Positions 6,820 through 16,146 of a stretch of DNA of 64,000 nucleotides are shown in pieces. Made by a program: the position numbers and the translations under genes. Source of the DNA: Pseudomonadota bacterium (GTDB lineage Bacteria; Pseudomonadota; Gammaproteobacteria; Burkholderiales; JABEVD01); NCBI GenBank assembly GCA_021802655.1, contig JAJZRP010000001.1, positions 24,882 to 88,881 on the forward strand, read 5' to 3'. Under the pieces are notes generated by a model that saw only the letters and a program-made list of their open reading frames with translations, did no database searches and was not told the DNA's origin. How positions within the stretch are numbered: the stretch's first letter is position 1; each line of letters starts with the position of its first letter.

Positions 6820-8889
6820 TCAGACTGCTTTCTTGGCGGAAAGCAGTTCGGCTTGCGCGGAACAGGCTTTGCTGCGCCCGCGCTTCCTGTGGTAGTGCCC
6901 TTCCATGTCCATTTCCCAAGCCTGGCAGTTGTCCCTGAGATAGGGCTTGAGCCCTTCCTGGATCACCCTTCTTTTGAGCTTCGGGTCGAGCACAGGGAAG
7001 CAGATCTCGATTCGCCTGAAGAAATTCCGGTCCATCCAGTCTGCGCTGGAAAGGTAGACGTTCTGGGCGCCGCCCCCCCTGAAATAGAATATCCTGCTGT
7101 GCTCCAGGAAGCGCCCTATGATGGAGCGGACCCGGATGTTCTCGGATAAACCGGGAATCCCGGGTCTCAGGGCGCAAACGCCCCTGACGATGAGATCGAT
7201 CCTCACCCCCGCCCTGGAAGCATCGTAGAGCGCCTCGATGATCTCCGGTTCCAGCAGCGAATTCATCTTGGCGATGATGCCGGAAGGAAGTCCTTCGGCA
7301 GCATGCTTCGCCTCCTGCCGGATCGCCTGCAGGATCTGGGCATGCAGGGTAAATGGGGATTGCCAGAGGTGTCTCAGCTTTCCCACCCGGCCGAGTCCGG
7401 TGAGCTGCATGAAGACGTCGTTGACGTCCGAGCAGATTTCCTCGCTGCAGGTGAAGAGCCCGAAATCCGTATAGAGCCTTGCCGTCCTGGGATGGTAATT
7501 CCCGGTGCCCAAATGCACGTAGCGCCGCAGTCCGTCCCCTTCCCTTCTCACCACCATCGCCATCTTGGCATGGGTCTTGTGCCCCACGACCCCGTAGACC
7601 ACATGCGCGCCGGCCTCTTCCAGGCGCCCCGCCCAGTTGATGTTGGCCTCCTCGTCGAAGCGCGCGAGGAGCTCCACCACCACCGTGACTTCCTTTCCCT
7701 GCTGGGCCGCGCCGATCAGCGCTTCCATGATGATTGAATCGGTTCCCGTCCTGTAGACGGTCTGCTTGATGGCAATGACCTTGGGATCGCTGGCAGCCTC
7801 CTGGATGAACCTGATGACGGGCTGGAAGGATTCGAAGGGATGGTGCAGCAAAACATCCCCCTTCCTGATCACCTGGAAAATGCTGGCAGCCTTCTTCTGG
7901 AGAACGGCGGGCATTCCCGGAATGAACTGGGGAAATTTGAGGCCCGGCCTGTCCACCCTGTCCGGGATCTGCATCAGGCGGGCGAGATTGACCGGGCCGT
8001 TGACCCGGTAAAGATCGTCCGGGGTGAGGCCGAACTGCTGCAGCAGGAATTCGGCCATGGTTGCCGAGCAGTTCTCCGCAACTTCCAGCCTCACGGCATT
8101 GCCGAAATGCCTTTGCGGCAGTTCGCCCTGGAGCGCTATCCTGAGATTCTTGACCTCCTCTTCGTCCACGAAAAGGTCCGAGTTCCGCGTCACCCTGAAC
8201 TGGGAACATTGCAGGACGGTCATTCCGACGAAAAGCTCGTCCACATGCGCATGCAATATGGAGGAAAGGAAGACGAAGTCGTATTCGCTCTCGCAAAGTT
8301 CCTGCGGGATCTGGATCACCCTGGGCAATATCCGCGGCGCCTGGACGATCGCCGTTCCGGAATTGCGCCCGAAAGCATCGCGCCCTTCGAGTTCGATCGC
8401 GAAATTGAGGCTCTTGTTCAGGACGCGCGGAAAAGGGTGGGAGGGGTCGAGTCCGATCGGCGTCAGCACCGGCATCAATTCCTTGAAGAAGAAGGATTTG
8501 ATCCATTCCCGCTGGGCTTCCGTCCAGTCGCTGCGGCGCAGGAAACGGATGCCCTGCTCGGCGAGCGCCGGCAAAATGCCGTCGTTCAGCATCTGGTACT
8601 GCCGGTCGACGAGACCATGCGATATTTCCGACACGAGTCTGAAGACATGCCTCGGATTCATCCCGTCCGGCCCGCTCGAAGGAGAATCGAGGTTGATCTG
8701 CTCCTTGAGTCCTGCAACGCGGATTTCGAAGAATTCGTCCAGATTGCTGCTGACGATGCAGAGGTATCTCAGGCGCTCGAGAAGGGGATTGGAAGGATCT
8801 TCAGCCTGGGCGAGAACCCGCCTGTTGAATTCAAGCAGGCCGAGTTCCCGGTTCAGGTAGTGCTGGGGCGAATTCGATTTGTTCGCCAT
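6820..8889 (-). CDS. ppk: polyphosphate kinase 1
   Basis: YLNRELGLLEFNRRVLAQAED, RLRYLCIVSSNLDEFFEIRVAGL, two PLD-like C-terminal domains and HAKMAMVVRRE. ATG at 8889. The track ORF begins at TTG 8895. Confidence 0.95.
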   Translation of the reverse strand: MANKSNSPQHYLNRELGLLEFNRRVLAQAEDPSNPLLERLRYLCIVSSNLDEFFEIRVAGLKEQINLDSPSSGPDGMNPRHVFRLVSEISHGLVDRQYQMLNDGILPALAEQGIRFLRRSDWTEAQREWIKSFFFKELMPVLTPIGLDPSHPFPRVLNKSLNFAIELEGRDAFGRNSGTAIVQAPRILPRVIQIPQELCESEYDFVFLSSILHAHVDELFVGMTVLQCSQFRVTRNSDLFVDEEEVKNLRIALQGELPQRHFGNAVRLEVAENCSATMAEFLLQQFGLTPDDLYRVNGPVNLARLMQIPDRVDRPGLKFPQFIPGMPAVLQKKAASIFQVIRKGDVLLHHPFESFQPVIRFIQEAASDPKVIAIKQTVYRTGTDSIIMEALIGAAQQGKEVTVVVELLARFDEEANINWAGRLEEAGAHVVYGVVGHKTHAKMAMVVRREGDGLRRYVHLGTGNYHPRTARLYTDFGLFTCSEEICSDVNDVFMQLTGLGRVGKLRHLWQSPFTLHAQILQAIRQEAKHAAEGLPSGIIAKMNSLLEPEIIEALYDASRAGVRIDLIVRGVCALRPGIPGLSENIRVRSIIGRFLEHSRIFYFRGGGAQNVYLSSADWMDRNFFRRIEICFPVLDPKLKRRVIQEGLKPYLRDNCQAWEMDMEGHYHRKRGRSKACSAQAELLSAKKAV

Positions 8890-8898
8890 GCTCAAACG

Positions 8899-9168
8899 CT
8901 ATTTAGGGGCGACATAGCCCGAAGCGATGTCGGCACCCTCGCCGAAAAAGTGCTTCTCCATCTGTTCAGCGAGGTATTTCCTCGCCTTGGAATCGGCAAG
9001 GTTGAGCCGGTTTTCATTGATCAGCATGGTCTGGTGCTTGAGCCACTGGCTCCAGGCTTCCTTCGAGACATGCTCGAAGATGCGCTTTCCGATCTCACCG
9101 GGATAAGGCGGGAAATCCAGCCCTTCGGCTGATTTCCCCAATTTGACACAGTTCACTATTCTCGACAT
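8899..9168 (-). CDS. yggX: Fe(2+)-trafficking protein YggX
   Basis: 89 aa. [56 protein letters not shown] is near-canonical YggX. Confidence 0.9.
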   Translation of the reverse strand: MSRIVNCVKLGKSAEGLDFPPYPGEIGKRIFEHVSKEAWSQWLKHQTMLINENRLNLADSKARKYLAEQMEKHFFGEGADIASGYVAPK

Positions 9169-9192
9169 GATTTCAAGTTTACCCCAAGCCCG

Positions 9193-10044
9193 TTAAACAT
9201 ATTGTGACAATCCGAGGCGATGCCATATGGTCTGCACCACCTGCGCCTGGTTGAGCGTGTAGAAGTGCAGCCCGGGGGCGCCGTTTCTCAGGAGATTCTC
9301 GCAGAGTTTCGAAACGACATCCAGTCCGAATGCCCGGATGGAAGCGACGTCGTCGTGGTATCCTTCCAGCTTCTTCCTGATCCAGCGCGGAATTTCCGCG
9401 CCGCAAGCATCCGAAAAACGCGCGAGCTGCGAATAATTGTAGATCGGCATGATCCCCGGAACGATGGGCACTGAAACCCCGAGCTTTGCGCACTCCTCCA
9501 CGAAACCGAAATAGGCGTCCGGGTTGTAGAAATACTGCGTGATCGCCGAATCCGCACCCGCCTGGACCTTCCTCCTGAAATTCTCCATGTCCTCCAGGGG
9601 GGAAGGCGCCTGCGGGTGAAATTCTGGATAGGCCGCGACCTCGATATGGAAATGACTGCCCGTTTCTTCGCGGATGAAGGCCACGAGCTCGTTGGCGTAC
9701 CTGAATTCCCCGGCAGAGGCCGTGCCCGAAGGCAGGTCCCCCCTCAACGCCACGAGATGCTTCACGCCGTTCGCAACATACCGGTCGAGTATGGCCCTGA
9801 CATTCTCCCGCGTCGAACCGATGCAGGAAAGATGGGGGGCCGCGTTATGGCCTTCTGCCTGGATTTCCAGGACCGTCTCCAGTGTCCGGTCGCGAGTCGA
9901 TCCCCCCGCTCCGAAAGTCACGGAAAAGAACCTGGGGCCCAGTGTGGCGAGCTCCCTGCGTGCGGCTCTCAGCTTCTCCATCCCTTCGGGAGTCTGGGGA
10001 GGAAAAAACTCGAAGCTGAAAGTCCGTTCCGGATAGCGCGACAT
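9193..10044 (-). CDS. metF: 5,10-methylenetetrahydrofolate reductase
   Basis: ATG 10044 overlaps the ahcY TGA (TGATG). FSFEFFPP, FFSVTFGAGGSTRDRT, PHLSCIG, ALRGD and HFYTLNQ motifs; 283 aa. The longer track ORF 9193..10815 is read-through into ahcY in another frame. Confidence 0.93.
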   Translation of the reverse strand: MSRYPERTFSFEFFPPQTPEGMEKLRAARRELATLGPRFFSVTFGAGGSTRDRTLETVLEIQAEGHNAAPHLSCIGSTRENVRAILDRYVANGVKHLVALRGDLPSGTASAGEFRYANELVAFIREETGSHFHIEVAAYPEFHPQAPSPLEDMENFRRKVQAGADSAITQYFYNPDAYFGFVEECAKLGVSVPIVPGIMPIYNYSQLARFSDACGAEIPRWIRKKLEGYHDDVASIRAFGLDVVSKLCENLLRNGAPGLHFYTLNQAQVVQTIWHRLGLSQYV

Positions 10045-11357
10045 CAGTAGCGGTAATGCGCAGGCTTGTAGGGTCCGTTCCTGTCTATTCCCAGGTATCC
10101 GGCCTGCTTCTCCGTGAGCTCGGTGAGCTGGGCGCCGATTTTGCCGAGATGCAGCCTCGCGACCTTCTCGTCGAGGTGTTTTGGAAGCACGTAGACGTCG
10201 ACAGGATATTTCCCGGGATTGTTCCAGAGCTCGATCTGCGCCATCACCTGGTTGGTGAAGGAAGCCGACATCACGAAGCTGGGGTGGCCGGTCGCGCAGC
10301 CGAGATTGACCAGCCTGCCTTCTGCCAGGACCGTGATTTTCCTGCCGTCCGGGAAGATCACATGGTCGACCTGGGGCTTGATGTTTTCCCACTGGTACTG
10401 GCGCAGCGAAGCGATATCGATTTCGGAATCGAAATGGCCGATGTTGCAGACGATGGCTTCGTCCTGCATTTTCAGCATGTGCTCGTGAGTGATGACGTTG
10501 ATGTTGCCTGTCGCCGTGACGAAAATGTTGCCCTTGTCGGCGGCATGGTCCATGGTGACGACGCGGTAGCCTTCCATGGCGGCCTGGAGCGCGCAGATCG
10601 GGTCGATCTCGGTGACCCACACGGTAGCGCCAAGCCCGCGGAATGCCTGGGCGCAGCCCTTGCCCACGTCGCCGTAGCCCAGCACCACGCAGATCTTGCC
10701 CGCGATCATCACGTCGGTGGCACGCTTGATGCCGTCGACCAGCGATTCCCTGCAGCCGTAGAGATTGTCGAACTTGGACTTCGTGACGGAATCGTTGACG
10801 TTGAAGGCGGGGCATTTCAGCTCGCCCTTTTCCATCATTTCGTAGAGGCGATGCACACCCGTCGTGGTTTCCTCGGAAATGCCGCGCACATGCTCAAGAA
10901 GATGCGGATACTTGTCGTGCATGATCTGGGTGACATCGCCGCCGTCGTCGAGGATCATGTTGGGCAGCCAGTTGTTGGGGCCGAAAATGGTCTGTTCGAT
11001 GCACCACCAGAACTCCTCCTCGGTCTCCCCTTTCCAGGCGAACACCGGGATTCCGGCCGCAGCGATCGCGGCTGCGGCCTGATCCTGTGTGGAGAAAATG
11101 TTGCAGGAACTCCAGCGCACTTCGGCTCCGAGATCGACCAGGGTCTCTATCAGGACAGCGGTCTGGATGGTCATGTGCAGGCAGCCGACGATGCGCGCGC
11201 CTTTGAGCGGCTTCTTGCCGGCATATTCTTCGCGCAAGGCCATGAGGCCCGGCATTTCGGTTTCCGCGATGCGGATTTCCTTGCGGCCCCAGGCTGCGAG
11301 GGAAAGATCTGCGACCTTGTAATCGGTGAAAGTTGAAGTTTGGACTACGGCGTTCAT
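10044..11357 (-). CDS. ahcY: adenosylhomocysteinase (S-adenosyl-L-homocysteine hydrolase)
   Basis: ATG 11357 follows [63 protein letters not shown]-binding site, [11 protein letters not shown]-terminal KPAHYRY. 437 aa. Confidence 0.95.
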   Translation of the reverse strand: MNAVVQTSTFTDYKVADLSLAAWGRKEIRIAETEMPGLMALREEYAGKKPLKGARIVGCLHMTIQTAVLIETLVDLGAEVRWSSCNIFSTQDQAAAAIAAAGIPVFAWKGETEEEFWWCIEQTIFGPNNWLPNMILDDGGDVTQIMHDKYPHLLEHVRGISEETTTGVHRLYEMMEKGELKCPAFNVNDSVTKSKFDNLYGCRESLVDGIKRATDVMIAGKICVVLGYGDVGKGCAQAFRGLGATVWVTEIDPICALQAAMEGYRVVTMDHAADKGNIFVTATGNINVITHEHMLKMQDEAIVCNIGHFDSEIDIASLRQYQWENIKPQVDHVIFPDGRKITVLAEGRLVNLGCATGHPSFVMSASFTNQVMAQIELWNNPGKYPVDVYVLPKHLDEKVARLHLGKIGAQLTELTEKQAGYLGIDRNGPYKPAHYRY

Positions 11358-11381
11358 TTGCTCTCCATTCAAGTCAATGAA

Positions 11382-11464
11382 TGGGCGCCGTTCTTGCATT
11401 GAAACGTCCTCCCAAGCCTGGCCCGGCCACGCGCGCGTGGCCGGGTCGCAGCGCCCCTCGGGAG
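11382..11464 (-). promoter_or_regulatory. SAH riboswitch (Rfam SAH_riboswitch type) in the ahcY leader
   Basis: The minus-strand RNA reads CCCGAGGGGCGCUGCGAC-CCGGCCACGCGCGCGUGGCCGGG-CCAGGCUUGGGAGGACG...AACGGCGCCCA. P1 is CCCGAG/CUUGGG, there is a GC-rich P4 hairpin, and GGCGC...GCGCC can form a pseudoknot. It sits in the classic position upstream of ahcY-metF. Confidence 0.85.
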
Positions 11465-11473
11465 GGGTTTGAA

Positions 11474-12637
11474 TCAGATTCCCGCGTCGGCCTTGAGCGC
11501 CTCCGCCTTGTCGGTAATTTCCCAGGTGAATTCCGGCTCTTCCCTGCCGAAATGGCCGTAGGCCGCGGTCTTGGTATAGATGGGGCGCATCAGGTCGAGC
11601 GACTGGATGATGCCCTTGGGACGAAGATCGAAATGTTGTTCGACCAGCTTCGCGATTTTCGCGTCGGGCAGCTTCCCGGTTCCAAAAGTGTTCACCATCA
11701 GGCTGACCGGCCTTGCGATACCGATCGCATAGGCGACCTGGACTTCGCAACGCGAGGCGAGCCCCGCAGCCACGATATTCTTGGCAACATGGCGCCCGGC
11801 ATAGGCGGCGGAGCGGTCGACCTTGGAAGGGTCCTTTCCGGAAAACGCGCCGCCGCCGTGGCGGGCTGCGCCGCCGTAAGTGTCGACGATGATCTTGCGC
11901 CCGGTGAGGCCGCAGTCGCCCATCGGCCCGCCGATGACGAAGCGCCCGGTGGGATTGATCAAAAAGCGCGTATCGGCATTCAGCATATGCTTCGGGATGA
12001 CGGGCTTGACGATTTCCTCGATCACAGCCTCTTCCAGGGCGGCCTGCGAAATGTCGGGATGATGCTGGGTCGAAAGCACCACGGTCTCGACATGCTGCGG
12101 CTTGCCTTCCACATAGCGGATGCTGACCTGGGACTTGGCGTCGGGGCGCAGCCACGGCAGCCTGCCGTCCTTGCGCAGTTCGGCCTGCCGCTCCACCAGG
12201 CGGTGGGCATAATAGATCGGCATCGGCATGAGTCCGGGGGTTTCGTCGCAGGCATAGCCGAACATGAGTCCCTGGTCTCCCGCACCCATTTCGAGATCGA
12301 GTCCCTGTCCTTCGTTCACGCCCTGGGCGATGTCCGGGGACTGCTTGTCATAGGCTGTGAGGACGGCGCAGGTCTTGTAGTCGAAGCCGATTTCGGAACT
12401 GTCGTAACCTATCCTCTGGATGGCATCGCGCGCGATCTGGATGTAATCGACCACGGCGTTCGTGGTGATTTCTCCGGCGAGCACGACGAGGCCGGTATTG
12501 ACCAGCGTTTCCGCGGCTACCCGCGAATGCCTGTCTTGGGTTAAGATAGCGTCAAGAATCGCGTCGGAAATCTGGTCGGCTACTTTATCGGGATGCCCTT
12601 CCGAAACGGATTCGGAGGTAAATAGGAATTCATTCAT
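11474..12637 (-). CDS. metK: S-adenosylmethionine synthetase
   Basis: [63 protein letters not shown]. 387 aa. Confidence 0.97.
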   Translation of the reverse strand: MNEFLFTSESVSEGHPDKVADQISDAILDAILTQDRHSRVAAETLVNTGLVVLAGEITTNAVVDYIQIARDAIQRIGYDSSEIGFDYKTCAVLTAYDKQSPDIAQGVNEGQGLDLEMGAGDQGLMFGYACDETPGLMPMPIYYAHRLVERQAELRKDGRLPWLRPDAKSQVSIRYVEGKPQHVETVVLSTQHHPDISQAALEEAVIEEIVKPVIPKHMLNADTRFLINPTGRFVIGGPMGDCGLTGRKIIVDTYGGAARHGGGAFSGKDPSKVDRSAAYAGRHVAKNIVAAGLASRCEVQVAYAIGIARPVSLMVNTFGTGKLPDAKIAKLVEQHFDLRPKGIIQSLDLMRPIYTKTAAYGHFGREEPEFTWEITDKAEALKADAGI

Positions 12638-12700
12638 GCTCGGCCTTATCTGGTTATCCTGAAAATCTTAGCAAAGATCGGGCTTCTTTCAAAGAAATTT

Positions 12701-13540
12701 ATGTTACAAGGCGTACTGCGCTCATTCTCCCGTCTGCCGCTTCCCCTGATCCACGCGCTCGGCGGCCTCCTCGGCAGGACAGTTTATTGCCTTTCCCCCT
12801 CCTATGCTTCAAGGCTCAGGGAGAACCTGAAACAGGGCGGATGTTACGCAGACAAGGCAGGCTACGAAAAACTGCTGAAGGAATCGGTTGTCGAGGCGGG
12901 AAAGGCCTTTCTCGAGCTGTTCCCGGTCTGGTTCGGGAACAGCCCGGAAAAACTCGTGAAATGCGATGACTGGGATGTGGTCGAGAAGGCGAAGGCTGCG
13001 GGAAAAGGCATCATTTTCCTCACCCCCCATCTCGGCTGCTTCGAAATATCCGCCCTCTACTGCGCCCGGATCATGCCGATCACCGTGCTCTACAGGAGGC
13101 CCAAACTGAACTGGATAGAGCCCGTGATGAACGCTGGAAGAAGCCGCCTCCAGCTTGCCCCGGCCGACCTTTCAGGCGTGAGAAAGCTCATGAAGGCACT
13201 CAAAAAGGGCGAGGCGATCGGCCTTCTCCCGGACCAGGCTCCCGGCGCAGGGGAAGGGGAATGGGCGGATTTCTTCGGCCGCCCCGCCTACACCATGACC
13301 CTCGCCGGCAGGCTCCAGGCATCGAGCGATGCTGCCGTCATCATGGCCTTCGCCGAGCGCCTGCCCAAGGGACAGGGCTACCATCTCCACCTCGAAGCGC
13401 TGGACGGGGAGATCACCCCGGACGGTCTCAACCGGGCGATAGAAAATCTGGTGAAAACCTGCCCCGCCCAGTACCTGTGGAGCTACAATCGCTACAAGGT
13501 CCCGGCAGGGGCCAAACCCAGGATTCCCCATGCTGACTAG
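12701..13540 (+). CDS. lipid A biosynthesis late acyltransferase (LpxL/HtrB family), paralog 1
   Basis: LPLPLIHALGGLLGRTVY, GKGIIFLTPHLGCFE (HX4D/E-like acyltransferase motif), AIGLLPDQ, QYLWSYNRYK. Divergent from metK. Confidence 0.8.
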   Translation: MLQGVLRSFSRLPLPLIHALGGLLGRTVYCLSPSYASRLRENLKQGGCYADKAGYEKLLKESVVEAGKAFLELFPVWFGNSPEKLVKCDDWDVVEKAKAAGKGIIFLTPHLGCFEISALYCARIMPITVLYRRPKLNWIEPVMNAGRSRLQLAPADLSGVRKLMKALKKGEAIGLLPDQAPGAGEGEWADFFGRPAYTMTLAGRLQASSDAAVIMAFAERLPKGQGYHLHLEALDGEITPDGLNRAIENLVKTCPAQYLWSYNRYKVPAGAKPRIPHAD

Positions 13541-14402
13541 AATCGGGCTCGCCCTGATGTGGCTGCTGCATTTCCTCCCCCTGCCCCCTCTCGCCCTCCT
13601 CGGGGAAATGCTGGGCATGCTGCTGTATTTCTTCGGACGCGAAAGAAGGCGGGTCGCCCGGATCAATCTCGGCCTCTGTTTTCCCGCAATGAGCGCAGGA
13701 GAAAAGGAATCCCTGGTAAAAGCCCATTTCCGCGCCCTGGGAAGGAGCTTTCTCGAGCATTGCCTGCTCTGGTGGTCCTCGAAAAACAGGATCAGACGGC
13801 TCGTCAGGATAGAAGGCATCGAGAACTGGGAAGCGGTTTCGGACAGGCCGGTGATCTGGCTCGCCCCGCATTTCGTCGGACTCGACATGGGAGGCGTGAG
13901 GCTGAGCTGCGACTATCCTGCAGTTTCCGTCTACAGCCACCAGAAGAATGCGAAATTCGACGAAATGCTGCTGCACGGCAGGCGACGCTTCGGCACTTCC
14001 ACCCTCCTGTCGAGACAGGAAGGGCTGCGTCCCGTAGTGAGGGCGATGAAAAAAAAGCTGCCCTTCTATTACCTCCCGGACATGGATTTCGGCATCAAAG
14101 ACAGCAGCTTCGTGCCCTTCTTCGGCGTGCAGACCGCGACCGTGACCGGTCTCGCGAGGCTCGCCGCGATGACAGGGGCCGCAGTCGTGCCCTGCGTGAC
14201 AAGGCAGCTCCCCTGCGGGCAAGGCTATGTGCTCAAATTCTATCCCGCATGGCAGGACTACCCTACCGAAGACGTCGAAGCCGATACCAGGCGAATGAAC
14301 GCCTTCATCGAGGAGCGGATACTGGAGATGCCCGAGCAATACTACTGGCTGCACAAGCGCTTCAAGACTCGCCCTGAAGGGGAGAAAAGCTTTTACGCCT
14401 GA
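13530..14402 (+). CDS. lipid A biosynthesis late acyltransferase (LpxL/LpxM family), paralog 2
   Basis: Overlaps paralog 1 by 11 nt. RINLGLCFP, PVIWLAPHFVGLDMGG, FYYLPDMDFG, FFGVQTATVTGLARLA, PEQYYWLHKRFK. Confidence 0.85.
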   Translation: MLTRIGLALMWLLHFLPLPPLALLGEMLGMLLYFFGRERRRVARINLGLCFPAMSAGEKESLVKAHFRALGRSFLEHCLLWWSSKNRIRRLVRIEGIENWEAVSDRPVIWLAPHFVGLDMGGVRLSCDYPAVSVYSHQKNAKFDEMLLHGRRRFGTSTLLSRQEGLRPVVRAMKKKLPFYYLPDMDFGIKDSSFVPFFGVQTATVTGLARLAAMTGAAVVPCVTRQLPCGQGYVLKFYPAWQDYPTEDVEADTRRMNAFIEERILEMPEQYYWLHKRFKTRPEGEKSFYA

Positions 14403-14406
14403 TTCG

Positions 14407-14415
14407 TGGTAGAAT
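14407..14415 (+). promoter_or_regulatory. extended -10 element (TGgTAGAAT) for tRNA-Val
   Basis: TGGTAGAAT ends 10 nt before the mature tRNA 5' end. I found no convincing -35. Confidence 0.4.
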
Positions 14416-14425
14416 GCTCCCCCTC

Positions 14426-14500
14426 GGGCGATTAACTCAGCGGTAGAGTGCCACCTTCACACGGTGGAAGCCACTGGTTCGATCCCAGTATCGCCCACCA
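14426..14500 (+). tRNA. tRNA-Val (anticodon CAC)
   Basis: A cloverleaf folds by hand. Acceptor GGGCGAT/ATCGCCC, D stem ACTC/GAGT, anticodon stem CCACC/GGTGG with loop TTCACAC, T arm ACTGG-TTCGATC-CCAGT, and encoded CCA. Confidence 0.93.
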
Positions 14501-14562
14501 GATTTCCCGCCCATGCCGTCCGTCCTAAAGATTCGTTAAGAATGGGATGTCAGAATCCGCGC

Positions 14563-15402
14563 ATGGCGCGCACATTTTTCCAGGCCGTTTCGACTTTCGC
14601 AGGCATACTGCTGGCTGCGGGCGCCCATGCTTCGGATGACGGCAACTGGTCTGATTTGTCGGCAAATACCCAGGATTTGCAACCGCATTGGGCATCCATG
14701 CTCGGCGTTCCGTCCACGGGATTGACCCAGGGTTTCCGCTACCATTACACCACGCAATATCTCGACAACGGGTCAGTAGTCAGGAATTACGGCAGCAACA
14801 AGGGGCTCGAACTCATCCTGGGCGAGAATTTTCAGGTGCAGATCGGCGTCCCGGCCTATATCGACAGGGAAACCCCGCAAACCACGACAGGCGGATGGGG
14901 AGACGAGGCGCTTTTGGGCAAATACCGATTTATCTCTGCAAACGAGGAAAACGGCAATTACGTTTTGAGCGGCTCGCTAGGGCTGAGTCTTCCGACCGGA
15001 AGCCCCGGATTCACCACACACAGCACCCTATTCACCCCGACCCTCGCTGCGGGAAAAGGGTGGGGAACGAGGCAATCCGGGCTGGACATCCAGAGCCTGA
15101 TTTCATTCAGCGTGCCCGACCACAACCTTTCGACTCTGGGGCTGCCGGTTTCCTGGAATACAGGTTTGCAGGCCCATGTGTTGGGGCATATCTGGCCCGA
15201 AATCGAAGCGAATTACACCCACTGGAGCAACGGGCCCTACGACGGCAAAAGCCAGCTTATGGTGACCTACGGGGTCGCTTTCGTGTACCGGGTCATGGAC
15301 AGGGAGAAGCTCACCTTCGGGATTGGTTACCAGGAGCCCAGGGGGACGAGCTTCAGCACTTTCCGCAGGGAATGGATCACCCTGGGGAAACTCTCTTTCT
15401 AA
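14563..15402 (+). CDS. outer-membrane beta-barrel protein (putative transporter, MetA-pathway/PF13557-like)
   Basis: ATG 14563 gives the signal peptide MARTFFQAVSTFAGILLAAGAHA. Alternating beta-strand pattern, a GWGDEALLGKYRF motif, LSLPTGS, and a C-terminal Phe (LGKLSF). The family assignment is from memory only. Confidence 0.6.
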   Translation: MARTFFQAVSTFAGILLAAGAHASDDGNWSDLSANTQDLQPHWASMLGVPSTGLTQGFRYHYTTQYLDNGSVVRNYGSNKGLELILGENFQVQIGVPAYIDRETPQTTTGGWGDEALLGKYRFISANEENGNYVLSGSLGLSLPTGSPGFTTHSTLFTPTLAAGKGWGTRQSGLDIQSLISFSVPDHNLSTLGLPVSWNTGLQAHVLGHIWPEIEANYTHWSNGPYDGKSQLMVTYGVAFVYRVMDREKLTFGIGYQEPRGTSFSTFRREWITLGKLSF

Positions 15403-15412
15403 CCCATTCCGC

Positions 15413-15811
15413 TCAGGAATTTTTCCCCAGCCAGTAGGCTTCCAGCAGCGCGCGCCTGAATGCAGCGTTCGAGTCGAGCCCCATTCCAAGTTCCCGCTGC
15501 GCGATGGGCTCCAAAAGTTCCAGAATCCTGTTCTCGCGCCATCCGGCAGCAAAGCCCTCGAAATCGAAACGTCCCTCCTTCAGAAATTGCGCCGCGAGTC
15601 CCGTCGCCTTTTCAAAAACGATCTCTGCCTGCTCCATCACTTCATACAGGTAAGAATAGGTGTCAATTTTGTTATGTTGAGCGATGATCTCGTAAAACGA
15701 AGGCGGATTGTCGTATTTTGAAAGCATCTCGTCGAGATCGACGGTTGCCTGGAAGCGATGGGTTTCTCCCCTGAAAGAAAATTCGACATGGATTTCGAGA
15801 GCGCTTGTCAT
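15413..15811 (-). CDS. hypothetical protein, 132 aa (second gene of polA-coupled pair)
   Basis: ATG 15811 overlaps the upstream stop (ATGA). Globular-looking composition (MTSALEIHVEFSFRGETHRFQATVDLDEMLSKYDNPPSFYEIIAQHNKIDTYSYLYEVMEQAEIVF...). I recognise no domain. Confidence 0.6.
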   Translation of the reverse strand: MTSALEIHVEFSFRGETHRFQATVDLDEMLSKYDNPPSFYEIIAQHNKIDTYSYLYEVMEQAEIVFEKATGLAAQFLKEGRFDFEGFAAGWRENRILELLEPIAQRELGMGLDSNAAFRRALLEAYWLGKNS

Positions 15812-16146
15812 CTTTCGGAAAGAGTCGCGGTTGTTTCCCCGGTATGCCTGTCGATATCGAACAGCATTTCGCAATATTCGCCCTGTCCTTCGACCGGCGT
15901 GGGATCGTTCGCGCAATTGCAGCCCGCGATGATCCCTTCGAAGAAAATTCCCGCTTTCACCCTCAGGAAATTTCCCTCTTCGACTGCGCTGATGAGCATC
16001 GCTTCGAGCTTTTCGCTCAGGGCATAGCTGCCCCGGGTCAGCCCCTGCTGCAAAGGGAGCGAATCCGCATTGCTCCTGATCTCGCTCTTGAAAATTCCGG
16101 CGAAAGCCGGACTTCCCCATGCCGCAAGAGATGCCTTCAGCTTCAT
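15808..16146 (-). CDS. hypothetical protein, 112 aa, with CxC...C motif (first gene of polA-coupled pair)
   Basis: ATG 16146 shares its A with the polA TGA (TGATG), and GAGG lies 8 nt upstream. The sequence ends ...VKAGIFFEGIIAGCNCANDPTPVEGQGEYCEMLFDIDRHTGETTATLSER. I recognise no domain. Confidence 0.6.
   Translation of the reverse strand: MKLKASLAAWGSPAFAGIFKSEIRSNADSLPLQQGLTRGSYALSEKLEAMLISAVEEGNFLRVKAGIFFEGIIAGCNCANDPTPVEGQGEYCEMLFDIDRHTGETTATLSER

Noticed and set aside
9193-10815. A 540-aa ORF suggesting a much longer metF product, and likewise 10044..12155 (703 aa) for ahcY.
   Set aside because: The N-terminal extensions are Arg/Pro-rich read-through across the upstream gene in another frame. 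Canonical MetF and AhcY N-termini begin at internal ATGs (10044 and 11357), with an appropriate SD or a stop/start overlap.
12638-12700. A possible SAM riboswitch in the metK leader.
   Set aside because: Only 63 nt separate metK from the divergent lpxL paralog. The sequence is AT-rich promoter-like DNA with no SAM-II or SAM-I helices that I can fold.
13559-14377. A 272-aa same-strand alternative-frame ORF inside lpxL paralog 2. Similar ORFs: 1334..2623, 32269..32757, 35216..35630 and 38611..39388.
   Set aside because: These are Arg-rich frames overlapping well-supported genes, or they are just the out-of-frame upstream extension of the next gene in the track.
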